A DNA stretch of 64,000 nt from an uncultured Verrucomicrobiae bacterium (GCA_963707025.1 CAVPOM010000008.1:32001-96000); one strand, 5' to 3'. Counted from the stretch's first letter, positions 31,238-41,869 are shown. The notes: a model not told the origin generated them from the letters alone. Translations and numbers: made by a program.

Positions 31238-32317
31238 TCAAAGGAGCGCGAGTTGCTGTCCGCTCGGCTCGCGCAAACTGCTGACGCCCAGACCTAGCAA
31301 CCGCAACGGGCGCGAAACCAGTTTGTCCCGGCCCAGCAGGAAACAACCCAGCCGGTAAACGTCAGCCGCCTCGGTGATCGGTTCCTCGACTGAAATCTGG
31401 CGCGTGAGGGTGGTGAAATCACTATAGCGTACTTTTACCTGGACCGTGTGCGCTCCCAATCGCCTGTGTTTGAGCCGTGCCGAAATATCTGTCGCCTGTT
31501 CTCTCAGGCAGGCACGAAGCACTTTTCGGTCGTCGGTGTCTTTGAGAAACGTTTCTTCTCCGCTGATGCTCTTGATCTCGTCTCCGATTTCCAGCGGGCG
31601 GTCGTCTTCACCGAATGCAAACTGCTTCAATTTCGGCCCGAACGAGCCGACCAAGGCACGCAGATCCCCAGCATAATCCTGCAAGTCCCCAACGGTTACG
31701 ATGCCCGCCTGGCCCAATGTCTGTTCGGTGACTTTCCCGACCCCGTAAATCACACGCACCGGCAGCGGCCGCAAAAATGAAACCTTCTCCTGGTCGGAAA
31801 TGACCGTCAGTCCGTCAGGTTTTTTGTGGTCGCTGGCGATTTTAGCGAGCAGTTTGTTGGAGGCAATACCGATGGTGGCAGTCAACCTGCGCTCCGATAG
31901 AATTCGCTGTTTCAAATCCCGTGCCAACGGCAATGCCTTGAGCAGCGATGCGTCGAGGTCCTCCGCCTGAGTGATGGGGGACACGTCGAGATACGCCTCG
32001 TCAATGGACATGGGTTCGATGACCGCCCCGGGCTGGGCGATAATCTGCATGATGTGCTGTGATTCTTCGCGGTAATGATCCATGTGCGGACGGACGAAAA
32101 CACCATGGGGACAAAGCCGCCCCGCCGTCGCGCTGGGCATGGCGGAGCGGACGCCAAATTTCCGCGCTTCATAACTGGCAGCACACACCACCCCACGTTG
32201 CGTCGGGGGCGCGCCGACGATTACCGGACGGCCCCGCAACCTTGGGTCGTCGCGTTGTTCGACGGAAGCGTAGAACGCGTCCATATCCAAATGGAAAATC
32301 ACACGATGCATCGCCAA
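31238..32317 (-). CDS. dinB: DNA polymerase IV
   Basis: HLDMDAFYASVE, ASYEARKFGV, SIDEAYLD and KPDG motifs. Confidence 0.95.
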   Translation of the reverse strand: MAMHRVIFHLDMDAFYASVEQRDDPRLRGRPVIVGAPPTQRGVVCAASYEARKFGVRSAMPSATAGRLCPHGVFVRPHMDHYREESQHIMQIIAQPGAVIEPMSIDEAYLDVSPITQAEDLDASLLKALPLARDLKQRILSERRLTATIGIASNKLLAKIASDHKKPDGLTVISDQEKVSFLRPLPVRVIYGVGKVTEQTLGQAGIVTVGDLQDYAGDLRALVGSFGPKLKQFAFGEDDRPLEIGDEIKSISGEETFLKDTDDRKVLRACLREQATDISARLKHRRLGAHTVQVKVRYSDFTTLTRQISVEEPITEAADVYRLGCFLLGRDKLVSRPLRLLGLGVSSLREPSGQQLALL

Positions 32318-32415
32318 CAGAGATTACCACGGACGCTGCAAAGCCAGAAGATCTGTCGTGTCCTGTCCAGTGCTCGACTTGGCGAATTTGCAGGCCATCC
32401 ATTTTCCAGCAGGGA

Positions 32416-32868
32416 TCACTCCCGGCCTTTCGAATCAATGATGATGGTGACGGGGCCATCGTTGGTCAGACTGACCTTCAGGTCCGCGCCAAATTCGCCG
32501 GTTTGAATGCTCCTTCCCAAATCCTCAGTCAGCCGGCGGATGAATTGCTCGTAAAGCGGAACCGCCATTTCCGGCCGGGCTGACCGGCTGAACGAAGGCC
32601 GGTTGCCCTTCTTCGCGCTGGCAAAAAGGGTGAATTGGCTGACCAGCAGAATCTCGCCTCCCGTTTCCTGCACCGAACGGTTCATCAGGCCCTGATCATC
32701 GTTGAAAATTCGCAGGCGGACGATTTTCCCGCTCAACCATTCAATGTCCTGCACCGTATCGGATTCCTCGATGGCCAGCAAGACCAAGAGGCCGTGTTGA
32801 ATTGTGGCCTTAATGGCGCCAGCGATCATGACGCTGGCCTGGCTCACCCGTTGAATGACAGCGCGCAT
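32416..32868 (-). CDS. dtd: D-aminoacyl-tRNA deacylase
   Basis: MRAVIQRV, SQFTL and NDGPVT motifs. Confidence 0.97.
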   Translation of the reverse strand: MRAVIQRVSQASVMIAGAIKATIQHGLLVLLAIEESDTVQDIEWLSGKIVRLRIFNDDQGLMNRSVQETGGEILLVSQFTLFASAKKGNRPSFSRSARPEMAVPLYEQFIRRLTEDLGRSIQTGEFGADLKVSLTNDGPVTIIIDSKGRE

Positions 32869-33002
32869 GGGTGCTTGATAATGGCAAAAGGTCGAAACGA
32901 ATAGAGATTTTTTGCGAGCCGGCCAGGATAGTTTGGAGCCTGGAGTGGGCGGGGCGGATGACCCTACTTGAGATTCTCGATCTGCTCCTCTAAACTGCGG
33001 CC

Positions 33003-33416
33003 ATGACCGTGTTTCCCGTCAATCCAGAAAAGTCACAGCAACTTGCCCAGCGGATGGCTGCCTTGGGGGTTCGCGAGTCCGATATTGAAGAAACTTTTGT
33101 GAGATCTGGAGGGCATGGGGGGCAAAACGTCAATAAATCGGCGACGTGCGTGATGCTGCTCCATCGGCCAACCGGCCTGCAAGTGAAGTGCCAGACAACT
33201 CGTCAACAAGGACTCAATCGGTTTATTGCCCGGCGTATATTGCTCGACAAAATTGAAGGGAAACAGACCGGGCAAGTGGCGGCGGAGGTATCCCGAATCG
33301 AGAAGATACGCCGGCAGAAGCGCAAGAAGAGCCGCCGGGCCAAGGCGCGGATGCTCGCTGACAAATCCCATCGAGCGGACAAGAAAGCCTCCAGGCGCGA
33401 AGTCGGAGAATCTTGA
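33003..33416 (+). CDS. arfB: ArfB-like ribosome-rescue peptidyl-tRNA hydrolase
   Basis: [10 protein letters not shown] motif plus basic C-terminal tail. Confidence 0.8.
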   Translation: MTVFPVNPEKSQQLAQRMAALGVRESDIEETFVRSGGHGGQNVNKSATCVMLLHRPTGLQVKCQTTRQQGLNRFIARRILLDKIEGKQTGQVAAEVSRIEKIRRQKRKKSRRAKARMLADKSHRADKKASRREVGES

Positions 33417-33425
33417 ACCTCGTTG

Positions 33426-34820
33426 TCAATCTTCTGGGCGTTCGCCGCTGGGCGCCATCTTCACCAGCTTGGGATCGAATTGGCCGAGGGTCGTGACCAG
33501 GTCTTTTTGTGCGGCCATCACTTCGCGGATGTTTTTATAGGCCATCGGGACTTCATCCAGTCCGGCGCTAATGAGTGTCACGCCGCGTTCGCGGAGAAGA
33601 CGGTTCACTTCTTTCCAGTTGAATTTCTGGTTGGCGGCTTTGCGGCTCATGGCGCGGCCGGCGCCGTGCGAGGCCGAGTTGAGCGAATCGGGATTTCCCT
33701 TTCCGCTCACGACATATCCCGGCGACGCCATGGAACCGGGAATGATGCCCAGGACTCCCGCCCCCGCCGGCGTGGCGCCTTTGCGATGCACGACGACCTC
33801 CCGTTCCACTCCCCCGATAACGTGCTTTTCTTTCCAGGCGAAATTGTGATGGTTTTCCAAATCGAGCAAAACCTGCGCACCGAGGTTTTCCGCGATGTGC
33901 TGGTGGATGCAGGCGTGGTTGGCTGCGGCATATCGCCCCATCAGTTCCATCGCGTTCCAGTATTCTAGTCCGGGCTGCGAATCGAGCGACAGCCAGGCCA
34001 GCCGTTTCAATTCGCTGGGCAAGTCCGCAAATTGAGCGAACGCGATTTTGCTGTAGTAATCGCAAACCGCCGCGCCCGTCCCGCGACTGCCGCTGTGCGA
34101 CAGCAGCGCGACATAAGTTCCCGGCTCAAGGCTGCTGATTTTTGAGTGCGCTGTGAACAGGCCAAACTCGACAAAATGATTTCCGCTCCCGCTGGTGCCG
34201 AGTTGCGCCCACGCACGGTCCTTGTTCTGCTTCACCACCGGGCTGATCGTCCAATCCGCATCCATCACCTCGTGGGTGCGGCGATTCCGAAACGTCGAGC
34301 CGACGCCGAAGCGCGTTTCCGCTTCGATGGCGCGGGTCAGACGGTCCTGACTGTTCTCCAAATCGCGCGCCGGAATATCCAACACCGTCATTTTCATGCG
34401 GCAGGCAATGTCCACGCCGACGGCGTAAGGAATCACGGCGTTTTCCGTTGCCAGCACGCCGCCGATGGGCAGGCCGTAGCCGACGTGTGCGTCCGGCATG
34501 AGCGCCCCCGCCACGGAAACCGGCAGCAAACAAGCTTTCTCCATTTGCATCACCGCCTCGTGTTCCAGCCCTTCGCCCCACTGCCGGTATTTCACTGGAT
34601 CGGCGCGCAGTGGAGGCGGCGCAGCAAGCAACACCTTCGCGAATTCACCGCGCAGCGGGTCGCCCGCATACGCCGACGGATTGGCCACAATGGCAGCGAC
34701 TTCTTCGCGCAACCGCGACTTGTCGCCGCCACCGAGGATGAACTTGGCAACAAAATCCGTCGCCCGCCGCGTCGCCTCGCCCAGCGGCACACCCAGTCTG
34801 ATAAAATCCTTGGTGTTCAT
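33426..34820 (-). CDS. rtcB: RNA 2',3'-cyclic-phosphate/5'-OH ligase RtcB
   Basis: MPDAH.GYGLPIGG, VGVDIAC, GSGNHFVE, HSGSRG, HRKGAT and SHGAGR motifs. Confidence 0.96.
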   Translation of the reverse strand: MNTKDFIRLGVPLGEATRRATDFVAKFILGGGDKSRLREEVAAIVANPSAYAGDPLRGEFAKVLLAAPPPLRADPVKYRQWGEGLEHEAVMQMEKACLLPVSVAGALMPDAHVGYGLPIGGVLATENAVIPYAVGVDIACRMKMTVLDIPARDLENSQDRLTRAIEAETRFGVGSTFRNRRTHEVMDADWTISPVVKQNKDRAWAQLGTSGSGNHFVEFGLFTAHSKISSLEPGTYVALLSHSGSRGTGAAVCDYYSKIAFAQFADLPSELKRLAWLSLDSQPGLEYWNAMELMGRYAAANHACIHQHIAENLGAQVLLDLENHHNFAWKEKHVIGGVEREVVVHRKGATPAGAGVLGIIPGSMASPGYVVSGKGNPDSLNSASHGAGRAMSRKAANQKFNWKEVNRLLRERGVTLISAGLDEVPMAYKNIREVMAAQKDLVTTLGQFDPKLVKMAPSGERPED

Positions 34821-34950
34821 GTATGAAATCGCCTTTAAACTTAATCCTCCCTGTCCCGATGACGGTAATGGGCGCTGCCCATTCTCCTCCGCGTGAGAAA
34901 GAAGACTGTGACGTGGATTTGGATTGTGTTCGATTCTCTTATGTCCTAAA

Positions 34951-37900
34951 TTACTGCATCGCCTCTGCCAATTGTGTAAAGGCAACTACCTCCTTTGGTG
35001 ATGTCGCCGAACCGCTAAAAAACTGCATTGGAACGAGGTCATCCGTGACAAGCAACCCTTTGAATCGGATCGCCGTCGCCGGAATCCCAGTCAGGGCACA
35101 CACAGCTGACGGGTTCGCCTTTAGCCAGTTTAAACGGCGCAGATGTTTTCCGAGGGAGTCTTCTCGCTCTCCTCGGTAATCGTCCAAACGCTCAACAACG
35201 TCTCGAACGCTTATCGCTGTACGCAGGCGCTTACATTCAATGACAAATATATCTGGAGAGCCGCCTTTCCAGGCCAGCACATCAACGTCTCCAAAGTCCC
35301 CGGCAGATGCAGGGCACCCAAGGGCACTCATAAAAACCTCTCGCCGCGCAACGAATCCTAGTTTTTCCGCCCGATCCGCCACGTCACGCGTGAACTGGTT
35401 ACCTTGTCGGTTCGCCTGATCTCCACAAAATGCCCGCATCGTTCTTGTTCGAAAATGTTCCGTCGGGAATGCGGATTCAGCGATATTTCCTATGATGTAA
35501 GCCGCACTTGTTTTAACCAGTGGTGGATAAACGAGCCAGATCTTGCTGGGTGCGCCCCTCAACATGACGAATGGCCGCATCAGCAGAGACAGCTGACGGC
35601 GGAATCGCCACGGCTGAACGTCTTTTTCCTGGTATCCATGTAAATCTTTGTTCCAGCCGCGGCGGGGCGGCAGTGAGAATCGTCCGATGAAAAACTCAAT
35701 GGTCTTTGCATCCAAATTGCACTCGTTCATTAGTAATGAGCGGAAACTAGCATCGTCCAACTCAAGAATTAGCTTCTGCGTTTTCAAGGCTACATGGCCG
35801 AAGCGGTTGGGAATTGCAACGAACTGATCAATTGTCACCCCAAACTCATCATGGAATGGCTGCTCCATCCGGCGTATGGTTTCGAGACTACGAGCACTCT
35901 CTTTGGGTTGGTAACTTGAAAACCAGCGGTCGTAATTTTGTGCGGAAGAATGAAAGCCCTTTTCAAAAACCGCGCGAACGTAAGGCGACATGACTGTCGC
36001 GTAGAATTCCTTGTCAAAATCCAATTCGCCATTTTGGAAGGAATGGATCTCTGGCTCCATAAATCCCTCCGAGATTGCGTCTCGATGGTTGGCTGCGCTA
36101 AAAAGGTTCTCGAACTGGGCAAGCATCTCCAAACGTGCTGCTTTCGGCATTGCGTGGCCGCCTTCTGCTGGGCATGCGTACATTGCTGTTTCAACCAACA
36201 GGCGATTGGCCAGCGTTGCCGCGTCTCTGTCGCTTCGGCGCCCTTCTGCAAACTTCAAGATTTCTTGTGGGTCGTGCAGAGCAAGCAATGCGCGCGCCGC
36301 CAGACACCAACGCTGTTCGTCCTTTTCCAATTCGGCCAAGGCGGAGAAACACGCGATCACAACCTCTCGCCGATTGAACTGCGCAAGCCCCTTTTCGATT
36401 CTCTGCCAAAGGTTGTCCACGACTCGGTGCAAGTAATCCATGCATTGCTCTCTCCCTAAGCTTTTTCCACTTGCTGAGGGCGGTCCGAGTTCATCCGCCA
36501 GCTCGATCAGGCTATGAGAGCATTCCTCCTCTGGGATGAAGTCAGGCGAAGGCCGATATGTTGCAGCCAGAATTTGAGCCCAATTCTCCGTTTTTACAAA
36601 ATGAAAGAACCGAGCCTCATCATTTGGGAAGATTGAGGTTAATAATCTGACACGGTCGTCAGCCGATATTGTGCTGCCTGCCAATTCGGCTATTGCAGCG
36701 ATTGTGCAATCAATCAACATGCGCTCTGCTTGGTTCCTCGGAGTGTGGAACTTCTCGCTAAATTCTGCAGGCAGCGTAACGACGATCGTCCGGTCGCGCC
36801 GATTGACGGATGAGGTTGGCTGAGAGGAGACTTGAGAATTGGGAATATTTTGATCAGCCCATTTGGAAAGTTCCGGCACGTCTAATTCAATCAAGATTGA
36901 TCCGGCTTGAAGGTTTCGGAACTCTTTTTCGACCACGACACCAGCTCGGTTCATCCAATTGAGCAAACAGTCCCAGAGTTGGAACAAAACGCTTTGCTCG
37001 TCGGGTATCGTGGTGTTCGCTTTAGAAACAATCCACCAATTCCGATTTGTTGTTTCAATTACCCCCATTAGCATTTTCTGCTTAGATCCTTCAAGCGCAA
37101 TATACACTGGAGCCTCCTTGTCTCTGGCATAATAAGCCTTTGCTCCACGGCGTTCTACTCGAACCCAGTGCGTGAGATCATGCGCGAGAATGGAGTGGTC
37201 GTCGTAAGCGTGCAACACCTCCTTTCGAATATCCGCTATGAAGCCAGTTCCAACGGTTAGCATCTTGTGTGGCTGAGACAGCTCCATTTGCCGTGGCACG
37301 AAACGCCAATTATTGGAACGCCAATACGCGTAGAGATTCAGCGGACCGTTAAGGTTCATAATATGGACGCCACGTTTTTCAGCCCATTCTTGATGACGCC
37401 ACATTCTCCAGAGACGGAGGGCAGACATATCATCGCACCGGGCGAGCGTGCGCCAGTCTGGCGGAGAAGCAAAAATCAAGCCCCAGTCCGGTATTTTCTT
37501 CATAGAGAGCGCCACGCCACGTCCCACACCGCCACGCGTTATGAGTGTCATGCCTCCGTTGAACTGAGGCTGCGCTTTTAAAACCGCAGCGCAATCCAAT
37601 AAATGCCTTTCAAATGAATTTTGATGTTGTGCAGTTAACTCGTCGGTATCATGGGCATCGGTCAATTCTCCAGAAACATTGCCATCGAGTAAAACAACAT
37701 GGGCATATTTTCCTTGGTCAAAACTCAAGGTGGCTTGATAAATGGTCGGGAGTTCATTTGATGGTGAAGGAAGGGCAATGTCCATCGGTTCGAAGCCAAG
37801 GCCGTGTTCAAGCGTCCGCATCCACATTGCGAATTGGCTCGTATGTAGCAGCATTTCGAAACGGCGGAGGAAGTCCGTTTCATTCAGTTGTTCGACCAAA

Positions 37901-38727
37901 AAGCGTCGAACGCTCAAAGTTACCGCGTGTGGGGCAGCTAAGACTAAATTATCAGCGAACTGGACGATTGGATATCTCTCCAAGTCGCTATGGCCGGTGC
38001 TTTGTTCTAGCAAACGCTTCCGGTCCTCTTCGGTGAACAGAAACGGGGCAAGATCTCGGCAATTAATGCCCAATTGTTGCAGGTCAGCCGGCGAAAATGT
38101 GACTGCTCGTGAGCAAGCACTTAGGTCATGCCACGGCGGAATAGCGATGCGGCCACAGAATTGAGCGGAACCAAAAGTATATCGCGGCAGTTGGCGGCGC
38201 GATGCAACGGCGTCGATGAGCTTCAGAAATGAGCGAATGTGGCTGAGGCTTGGTTTCAGCGCTTCGGGTGCGTCTGCGCGCTCAAGCGGACGCAGAATTT
38301 GCTCCACCCAATAATCGCCCGACTCTTCGATTCCGCGAAATATTCTAAAATTCCCGAAACTGGTTGCGACGTTTCCGGTAAAAGCGTCTTCGACGGGGTC
38401 CTCCAACCTCGCTAGTTCAGAACCAACGAAGTGACGGCCCGCACATTTCACCAACATTTCACGGTCTGCCTTTCGCTTTCCTGCGCAAGCGTAACAGGCC
38501 AAGTGTGCGAGCGCGTCTAGGCGAAGCGTGTTTTCGTGGTAGTGCGGCAGTGTAAGAAATCCGCCAATAAGCGGTGCCACCGAAGCGTAATCGTAGCGCT
38601 TCAGCTCATTCACTAGTCCGCGATGTTGTTGAGCCAGGTCGGCGATCTGTTTCATACGATTCAACGGCATTCTACGAATTACGGCTTGGGAGAGCGAGCT
38701 TTGACGCTCGCCCTCCCGCAGTTTCAT
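34951..38727 (-). CDS. large hypothetical protein with C-terminal PD-(D/E)xK nuclease-like domain
   Basis: GDVDVLAW...IECKRL near the C-terminus; ATG overlaps the HNH stop (start could also be 38670 or 38655); lower GC. Confidence 0.7.
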   Translation of the reverse strand: MKLREGERQSSLSQAVIRRMPLNRMKQIADLAQQHRGLVNELKRYDYASVAPLIGGFLTLPHYHENTLRLDALAHLACYACAGKRKADREMLVKCAGRHFVGSELARLEDPVEDAFTGNVATSFGNFRIFRGIEESGDYWVEQILRPLERADAPEALKPSLSHIRSFLKLIDAVASRRQLPRYTFGSAQFCGRIAIPPWHDLSACSRAVTFSPADLQQLGINCRDLAPFLFTEEDRKRLLEQSTGHSDLERYPIVQFADNLVLAAPHAVTLSVRRFLVEQLNETDFLRRFEMLLHTSQFAMWMRTLEHGLGFEPMDIALPSPSNELPTIYQATLSFDQGKYAHVVLLDGNVSGELTDAHDTDELTAQHQNSFERHLLDCAAVLKAQPQFNGGMTLITRGGVGRGVALSMKKIPDWGLIFASPPDWRTLARCDDMSALRLWRMWRHQEWAEKRGVHIMNLNGPLNLYAYWRSNNWRFVPRQMELSQPHKMLTVGTGFIADIRKEVLHAYDDHSILAHDLTHWVRVERRGAKAYYARDKEAPVYIALEGSKQKMLMGVIETTNRNWWIVSKANTTIPDEQSVLFQLWDCLLNWMNRAGVVVEKEFRNLQAGSILIELDVPELSKWADQNIPNSQVSSQPTSSVNRRDRTIVVTLPAEFSEKFHTPRNQAERMLIDCTIAAIAELAGSTISADDRVRLLTSIFPNDEARFFHFVKTENWAQILAATYRPSPDFIPEEECSHSLIELADELGPPSASGKSLGREQCMDYLHRVVDNLWQRIEKGLAQFNRREVVIACFSALAELEKDEQRWCLAARALLALHDPQEILKFAEGRRSDRDAATLANRLLVETAMYACPAEGGHAMPKAARLEMLAQFENLFSAANHRDAISEGFMEPEIHSFQNGELDFDKEFYATVMSPYVRAVFEKGFHSSAQNYDRWFSSYQPKESARSLETIRRMEQPFHDEFGVTIDQFVAIPNRFGHVALKTQKLILELDDASFRSLLMNECNLDAKTIEFFIGRFSLPPRRGWNKDLHGYQEKDVQPWRFRRQLSLLMRPFVMLRGAPSKIWLVYPPLVKTSAAYIIGNIAESAFPTEHFRTRTMRAFCGDQANRQGNQFTRDVADRAEKLGFVARREVFMSALGCPASAGDFGDVDVLAWKGGSPDIFVIECKRLRTAISVRDVVERLDDYRGEREDSLGKHLRRLNWLKANPSAVCALTGIPATAIRFKGLLVTDDLVPMQFFSGSATSPKEVVAFTQLAEAMQ

Positions 38728-39308
38728 TCCCGCACGAACAGCCTCCATTCTGGGATGCCGTGGGCGTTGCGAATGAGGGCCGTGGCCGGCAATTCCTTCG
38801 GCGCGCGCGGCACTGAGAGCAGCTTCAGGCCGGCTTCGTGCGGCAGGCGGTTGCCTTTGCGGGCGTTCACCTCCTTCCCGGCCCAAACCAGGTTGTCCCA
38901 GGCGTTCTTGCCACCGCGCGAGCGGGGTAGGACGTGATCCATGCTGCCTTCCTCGGGGCGCAGCACACGGCCGGTGTATTGGCAGCGGTTGCCGTCGCGC
39001 TCGCGAATGGCGCGGGCGCACAGCTTCGGGCGCTTCTTGGGCACCTTGGCGTAATTCACCGCCACGATCACCGTCGGCACGCGGATTGGACCGCGGACGG
39101 TTCGCACCGCATTGTCCTGCGGGCGCATGGGCAGCGTAATCCACTCGTCCCAGGAAACGGGACGAATGTGATTTTCCCCTTCGATTTCCAGGCCGGTCGC
39201 CACGTTCGTCGCCATCATGCAGAAGGCCTCCTGCGGCGTCCGGACGTTGACGGCCTGCCAGTTGCGGTTGAGCACCAGCACCATCGCTTTGTTCAGTATG
39301 TCGTTCAT
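38724..39308 (-). CDS. HNH endonuclease
   Basis: VLVLN..W, RD...CQYTG, DHVLPRSRGG..WDNLV and N..KGN motifs. Confidence 0.92.
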   Translation of the reverse strand: MNDILNKAMVLVLNRNWQAVNVRTPQEAFCMMATNVATGLEIEGENHIRPVSWDEWITLPMRPQDNAVRTVRGPIRVPTVIVAVNYAKVPKKRPKLCARAIRERDGNRCQYTGRVLRPEEGSMDHVLPRSRGGKNAWDNLVWAGKEVNARKGNRLPHEAGLKLLSVPRAPKELPATALIRNAHGIPEWRLFVRE

Positions 39309-39502
39309 AAAAATGTCTGCATACGGCCACCGTGCTTGTCGCGGCGGGGTGTTTGTTCTTTGTTGAGGCATCCCCGGCGGCGAGATCGAGACGCTTCCTG
39401 AGCATCATTCCGTGTCCAGCCCAGACGAGCGTGCTTCCGGCTGGCCTTCGGCACGTTTTTCGCGCATTTTGGGATTGAAGCGTTCGAATTCTGGAGAAAA
39501 TC

Positions 39503-40207
39503 ATGAGACCTTACGTGATCTGCCACATGTGTACGACGATCGACGGTAAAATCCTGGGCGATCGTTGGGGCAAACTTCCCGGCTGCAAAGACAGCGCCAC
39601 GCTCTTCGAAACCACGGCGGCCAGCTTTGGCATCGGCGCCTGGCTTGTGGGCACGACTACGATGAAAGAATTTGCCGGGCGAAACGTGAAACTGCCCCCC
39701 GCCAGGAAACCGGTCGTTCATCGGGACCACATTGCCGACAAAAATGCCAGGCGACTGGCGATCGGTGTGGATGCGAAGGGCGTTTTGCGCTTCCAAGAGA
39801 ACGAAGTGGACGGCGATCATGTGGTCCTGCTTATCACCGATCGTGTCGGTGACGATTACCTGGCGCACCTCCAGGCCGCCGGCGTCTCCTATCTCTTCTG
39901 CGGCCAGAAGGAAGTGGACCTGCACGTTGCCCTTGGCAAGCTGGGCAGCAGTTTTCATCTACGCAAGCTGATGCTCCAGGGCGGTGGAAAGTTCAACGGC
40001 GCCATGCTCCACGCCGGGCTTGTCGATGAAATCAGCCACGTCACCGTGCCAGTCGCCGACGGCGGCGTTGGCATCTCGAGCTTTTTCGACATTCCCGGCA
40101 ACCCGCCGCCCAAATCCGCTGCCACTCTCCGCCTCCTGTCGTGGAAACGACTGCCAGGCAGCGTGACGTGGCTGCGCTACCGCGTCGTCGTTAAGCATAC
40201 GCGCTGA
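39503..40207 (+). CDS. RibD C-terminal/dihydrofolate reductase-like protein
   Basis: RPYVICHM...DGKI and GGG..NG..L.AGLVDEIS motifs. Confidence 0.85.
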   Translation: MRPYVICHMCTTIDGKILGDRWGKLPGCKDSATLFETTAASFGIGAWLVGTTTMKEFAGRNVKLPPARKPVVHRDHIADKNARRLAIGVDAKGVLRFQENEVDGDHVVLLITDRVGDDYLAHLQAAGVSYLFCGQKEVDLHVALGKLGSSFHLRKLMLQGGGKFNGAMLHAGLVDEISHVTVPVADGGVGISSFFDIPGNPPPKSAATLRLLSWKRLPGSVTWLRYRVVVKHTR

Positions 40208-40278
40208 CCGCGGAGCAGGCCGCTGTAATACGCCCGTCGCGCAGCAGACATTCCTTGGTCGGGTTGGCTTGCGGAAAT

Positions 40279-40353
40279 TGGCTGCCTCGCCCGGTTTTGC
40301 TCCAGGTCCTCCGGTGTCAGAGACCGGCGCGCTCCTGATTACGCCACGAGGCA
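40279..40353 (-). tRNA. tRNA-Gln(CUG), atypical T-loop
   Basis: CCGGT-CTCTGAC-ACCGG arm; encoded CCA. Confidence 0.85.
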
Positions 40354-40388
40354 ATGGCCCGCCGAGCGGCAGCCCGGAGGGAGAAGAT

Positions 40389-40462
40389 TGGTCGCCCGGG
40401 GAGGTTCTGCCCCTCCGATTTCTGGGTGTAGGCCAGACGTGATGCTATTTCACCACCGGGCG
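40389..40462 (-). tRNA. tRNA-Val(UAC), C33
   Basis: TCTGG-CCTACAC-CCAGA; CCA. Confidence 0.8.
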
Positions 40463-40467
40463 GAAAT

Positions 40468-40542
40468 TGGCTGCGGGAGCCGGGTTCGCACCGACAACTG
40501 CGCTTTCAAAGAGCGCCGAGTTGCTGGTTACTCCATCCCGCA
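40468..40542 (-). tRNA. tRNA-Gln(UUG)
   Basis: GCGCT-CTTTGAA-AGCGC; CCA. Confidence 0.88.
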
Positions 40543-40548
40543 ACAAAA

Positions 40549-40625
40549 TGGTGGAGCCGGAGGTAGTTGCAACCTCACCATACCGGATTAAAAGTCCGGT
40601 GCCGGTCTTCTGTGGCATCAGCTCC
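40549..40625 (-). tRNA. tRNA-Lys(UUU)
   Basis: CCGGA-CTTTTAA-TCCGG; CCA. Confidence 0.85.
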
Positions 40626-40632
40626 AGGAAAT

Positions 40633-40653
40633 TGGTGCTCGCGGTGGGGCTTG
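40633..40653 (-). pseudogene. 3' tRNA fragment
   Basis: ...CAAGCCCCACCGCGAGCACCA with no matching 5' half. Confidence 0.45.
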
Positions 40654-40837
40654 GGAAACTCCAATAATCACCAAAGGGAAACCGGCGCGGCCGGCATCCC
40701 AGATTCCCTTTGCCTCCGTTTCCGATCCTGCGGGTGTTGGTAAATGTTGGAGTCGCGATTGCGCACCCGCGCACTGGCACTCAAGCGGCCTCTGCGCACA
40801 CAAGCCAGGCCGATTCCTTGAAAAGTTTTCAGTTAAA

Positions 40838-41602
40838 TTGCATCAAAAAAGCTGGCAAAATGGTGTCGTTCACCCTATATTTACACACATAAATGCATCA
40901 CCAGATGACATCCGAAAAGCGGCAGTGGCCGACGCTCGAAGGACGCTTGAGTCAGCCGCTCACTTCACGCGTGGAGGCGGTGCGCCAGCTCCAGACCACG
41001 ATGCCGATTACGCCTGTCGCGCAGGCCGTGTTGAAGCGGAGCAACGGCACCTCATCCAATGGGCCAAAGAAAACGGGAAACTAGGCTCAAGCGGTCGGTT
41101 GCCGCCCGTGTTTGCTCAGGGTGGAGAGCATGATGTCTTTTTTCAAAAATGCACCCAGCGGTATCTCAAGGCGACACGGCAGGATCGACACAAGGGATAC
41201 GGCATTGCCCTCGGTTCGCACACGCACGGTGCAACCCCTGCCGAGTATCTCGACCGTCTCTTCCTTCAGAACTGCATTTTCGATGATGATATTCGGCTTG
41301 AGCGCGTCGTGCAGAACGATGGCAAACCCATAATTATCACATCCCAACCAGCCATCAAAGGAAGCACCCCACGGCAAGACGGACTGGACGAATTGATGAT
41401 CGGGAAGGGCTACGAAAAACTGGCAGAAGGGGCTTATTACGATGAAGGGGCCGGCCTATTGCTGTACGACCTTTTCCCTCGCAACGCCATCCAAGCTGCC
41501 GACGGACATATTTATCCCATTGATCCCGTCATCCAACGCATTACGCCGGACTTTGGGCAGTTTTTGCGGCATGAGCCTTACACGATCGACCTCCCCCGCT
41601 AA
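40838..41602 (+). CDS. putative kinase-like domain of the type found in polyvalent proteins
   Basis: GGEH.V, TP.EYL.RL...N..F.DDI, SQP and DL.PRN...IDP motifs; start uncertain. Confidence 0.55.
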   Translation: MHQKSWQNGVVHPIFTHINASPDDIRKAAVADARRTLESAAHFTRGGGAPAPDHDADYACRAGRVEAEQRHLIQWAKENGKLGSSGRLPPVFAQGGEHDVFFQKCTQRYLKATRQDRHKGYGIALGSHTHGATPAEYLDRLFLQNCIFDDDIRLERVVQNDGKPIIITSQPAIKGSTPRQDGLDELMIGKGYEKLAEGAYYDEGAGLLLYDLFPRNAIQAADGHIYPIDPVIQRITPDFGQFLRHEPYTIDLPR

Positions 41603-41709
41603 ACCCTTCATGCTGCGCACTCGTCTGCGGATTGGGCAAGCGGACTTATTGCGTCCGACTTATTGCGTCACCTTCCGCAATGATAATCGGGTCCGGTAAC
41701 GCCCAGGAA

Positions 41710-41768
41710 CCCGACGCTCATCTAGCGTGACGCTGTGGATAAAACTGCTCACTTTGAGCTACATGCGC
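41710..41768 (-). pseudogene. 5' tRNA-like fragment
   Basis: GCGCATG-TA-GCTC-AAAGT-GAGC D-arm plus ACGCT/AGCGT arm; 3' acceptor strand absent. Confidence 0.5.
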
Positions 41769-41773
41769 GAAAA

Positions 41774-41865
41774 TGGCGGAATGCCGTGGACTTGCACCAC
41801 ACTCCTGTTTCCAGGAGCGCACTGTTTAGCGAACAGGCCCGGGCCCCTCGTCCGGTTGGCATTCC
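41774..41865 (-). tRNA. tRNA-Ser(GCU), C33
   Basis: loop TCGCTAA; long variable arm CTCCTG-GAAA-CAGGAG; G73-CCA. Confidence 0.85.
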
Positions 41866-41869
41866 AGAT

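Noticed and set aside
38728..39504. N-terminal extension making a 1517-aa ORF
   Set aside because: It overlaps the HNH gene in another frame and reads as low-complexity shadow translation.
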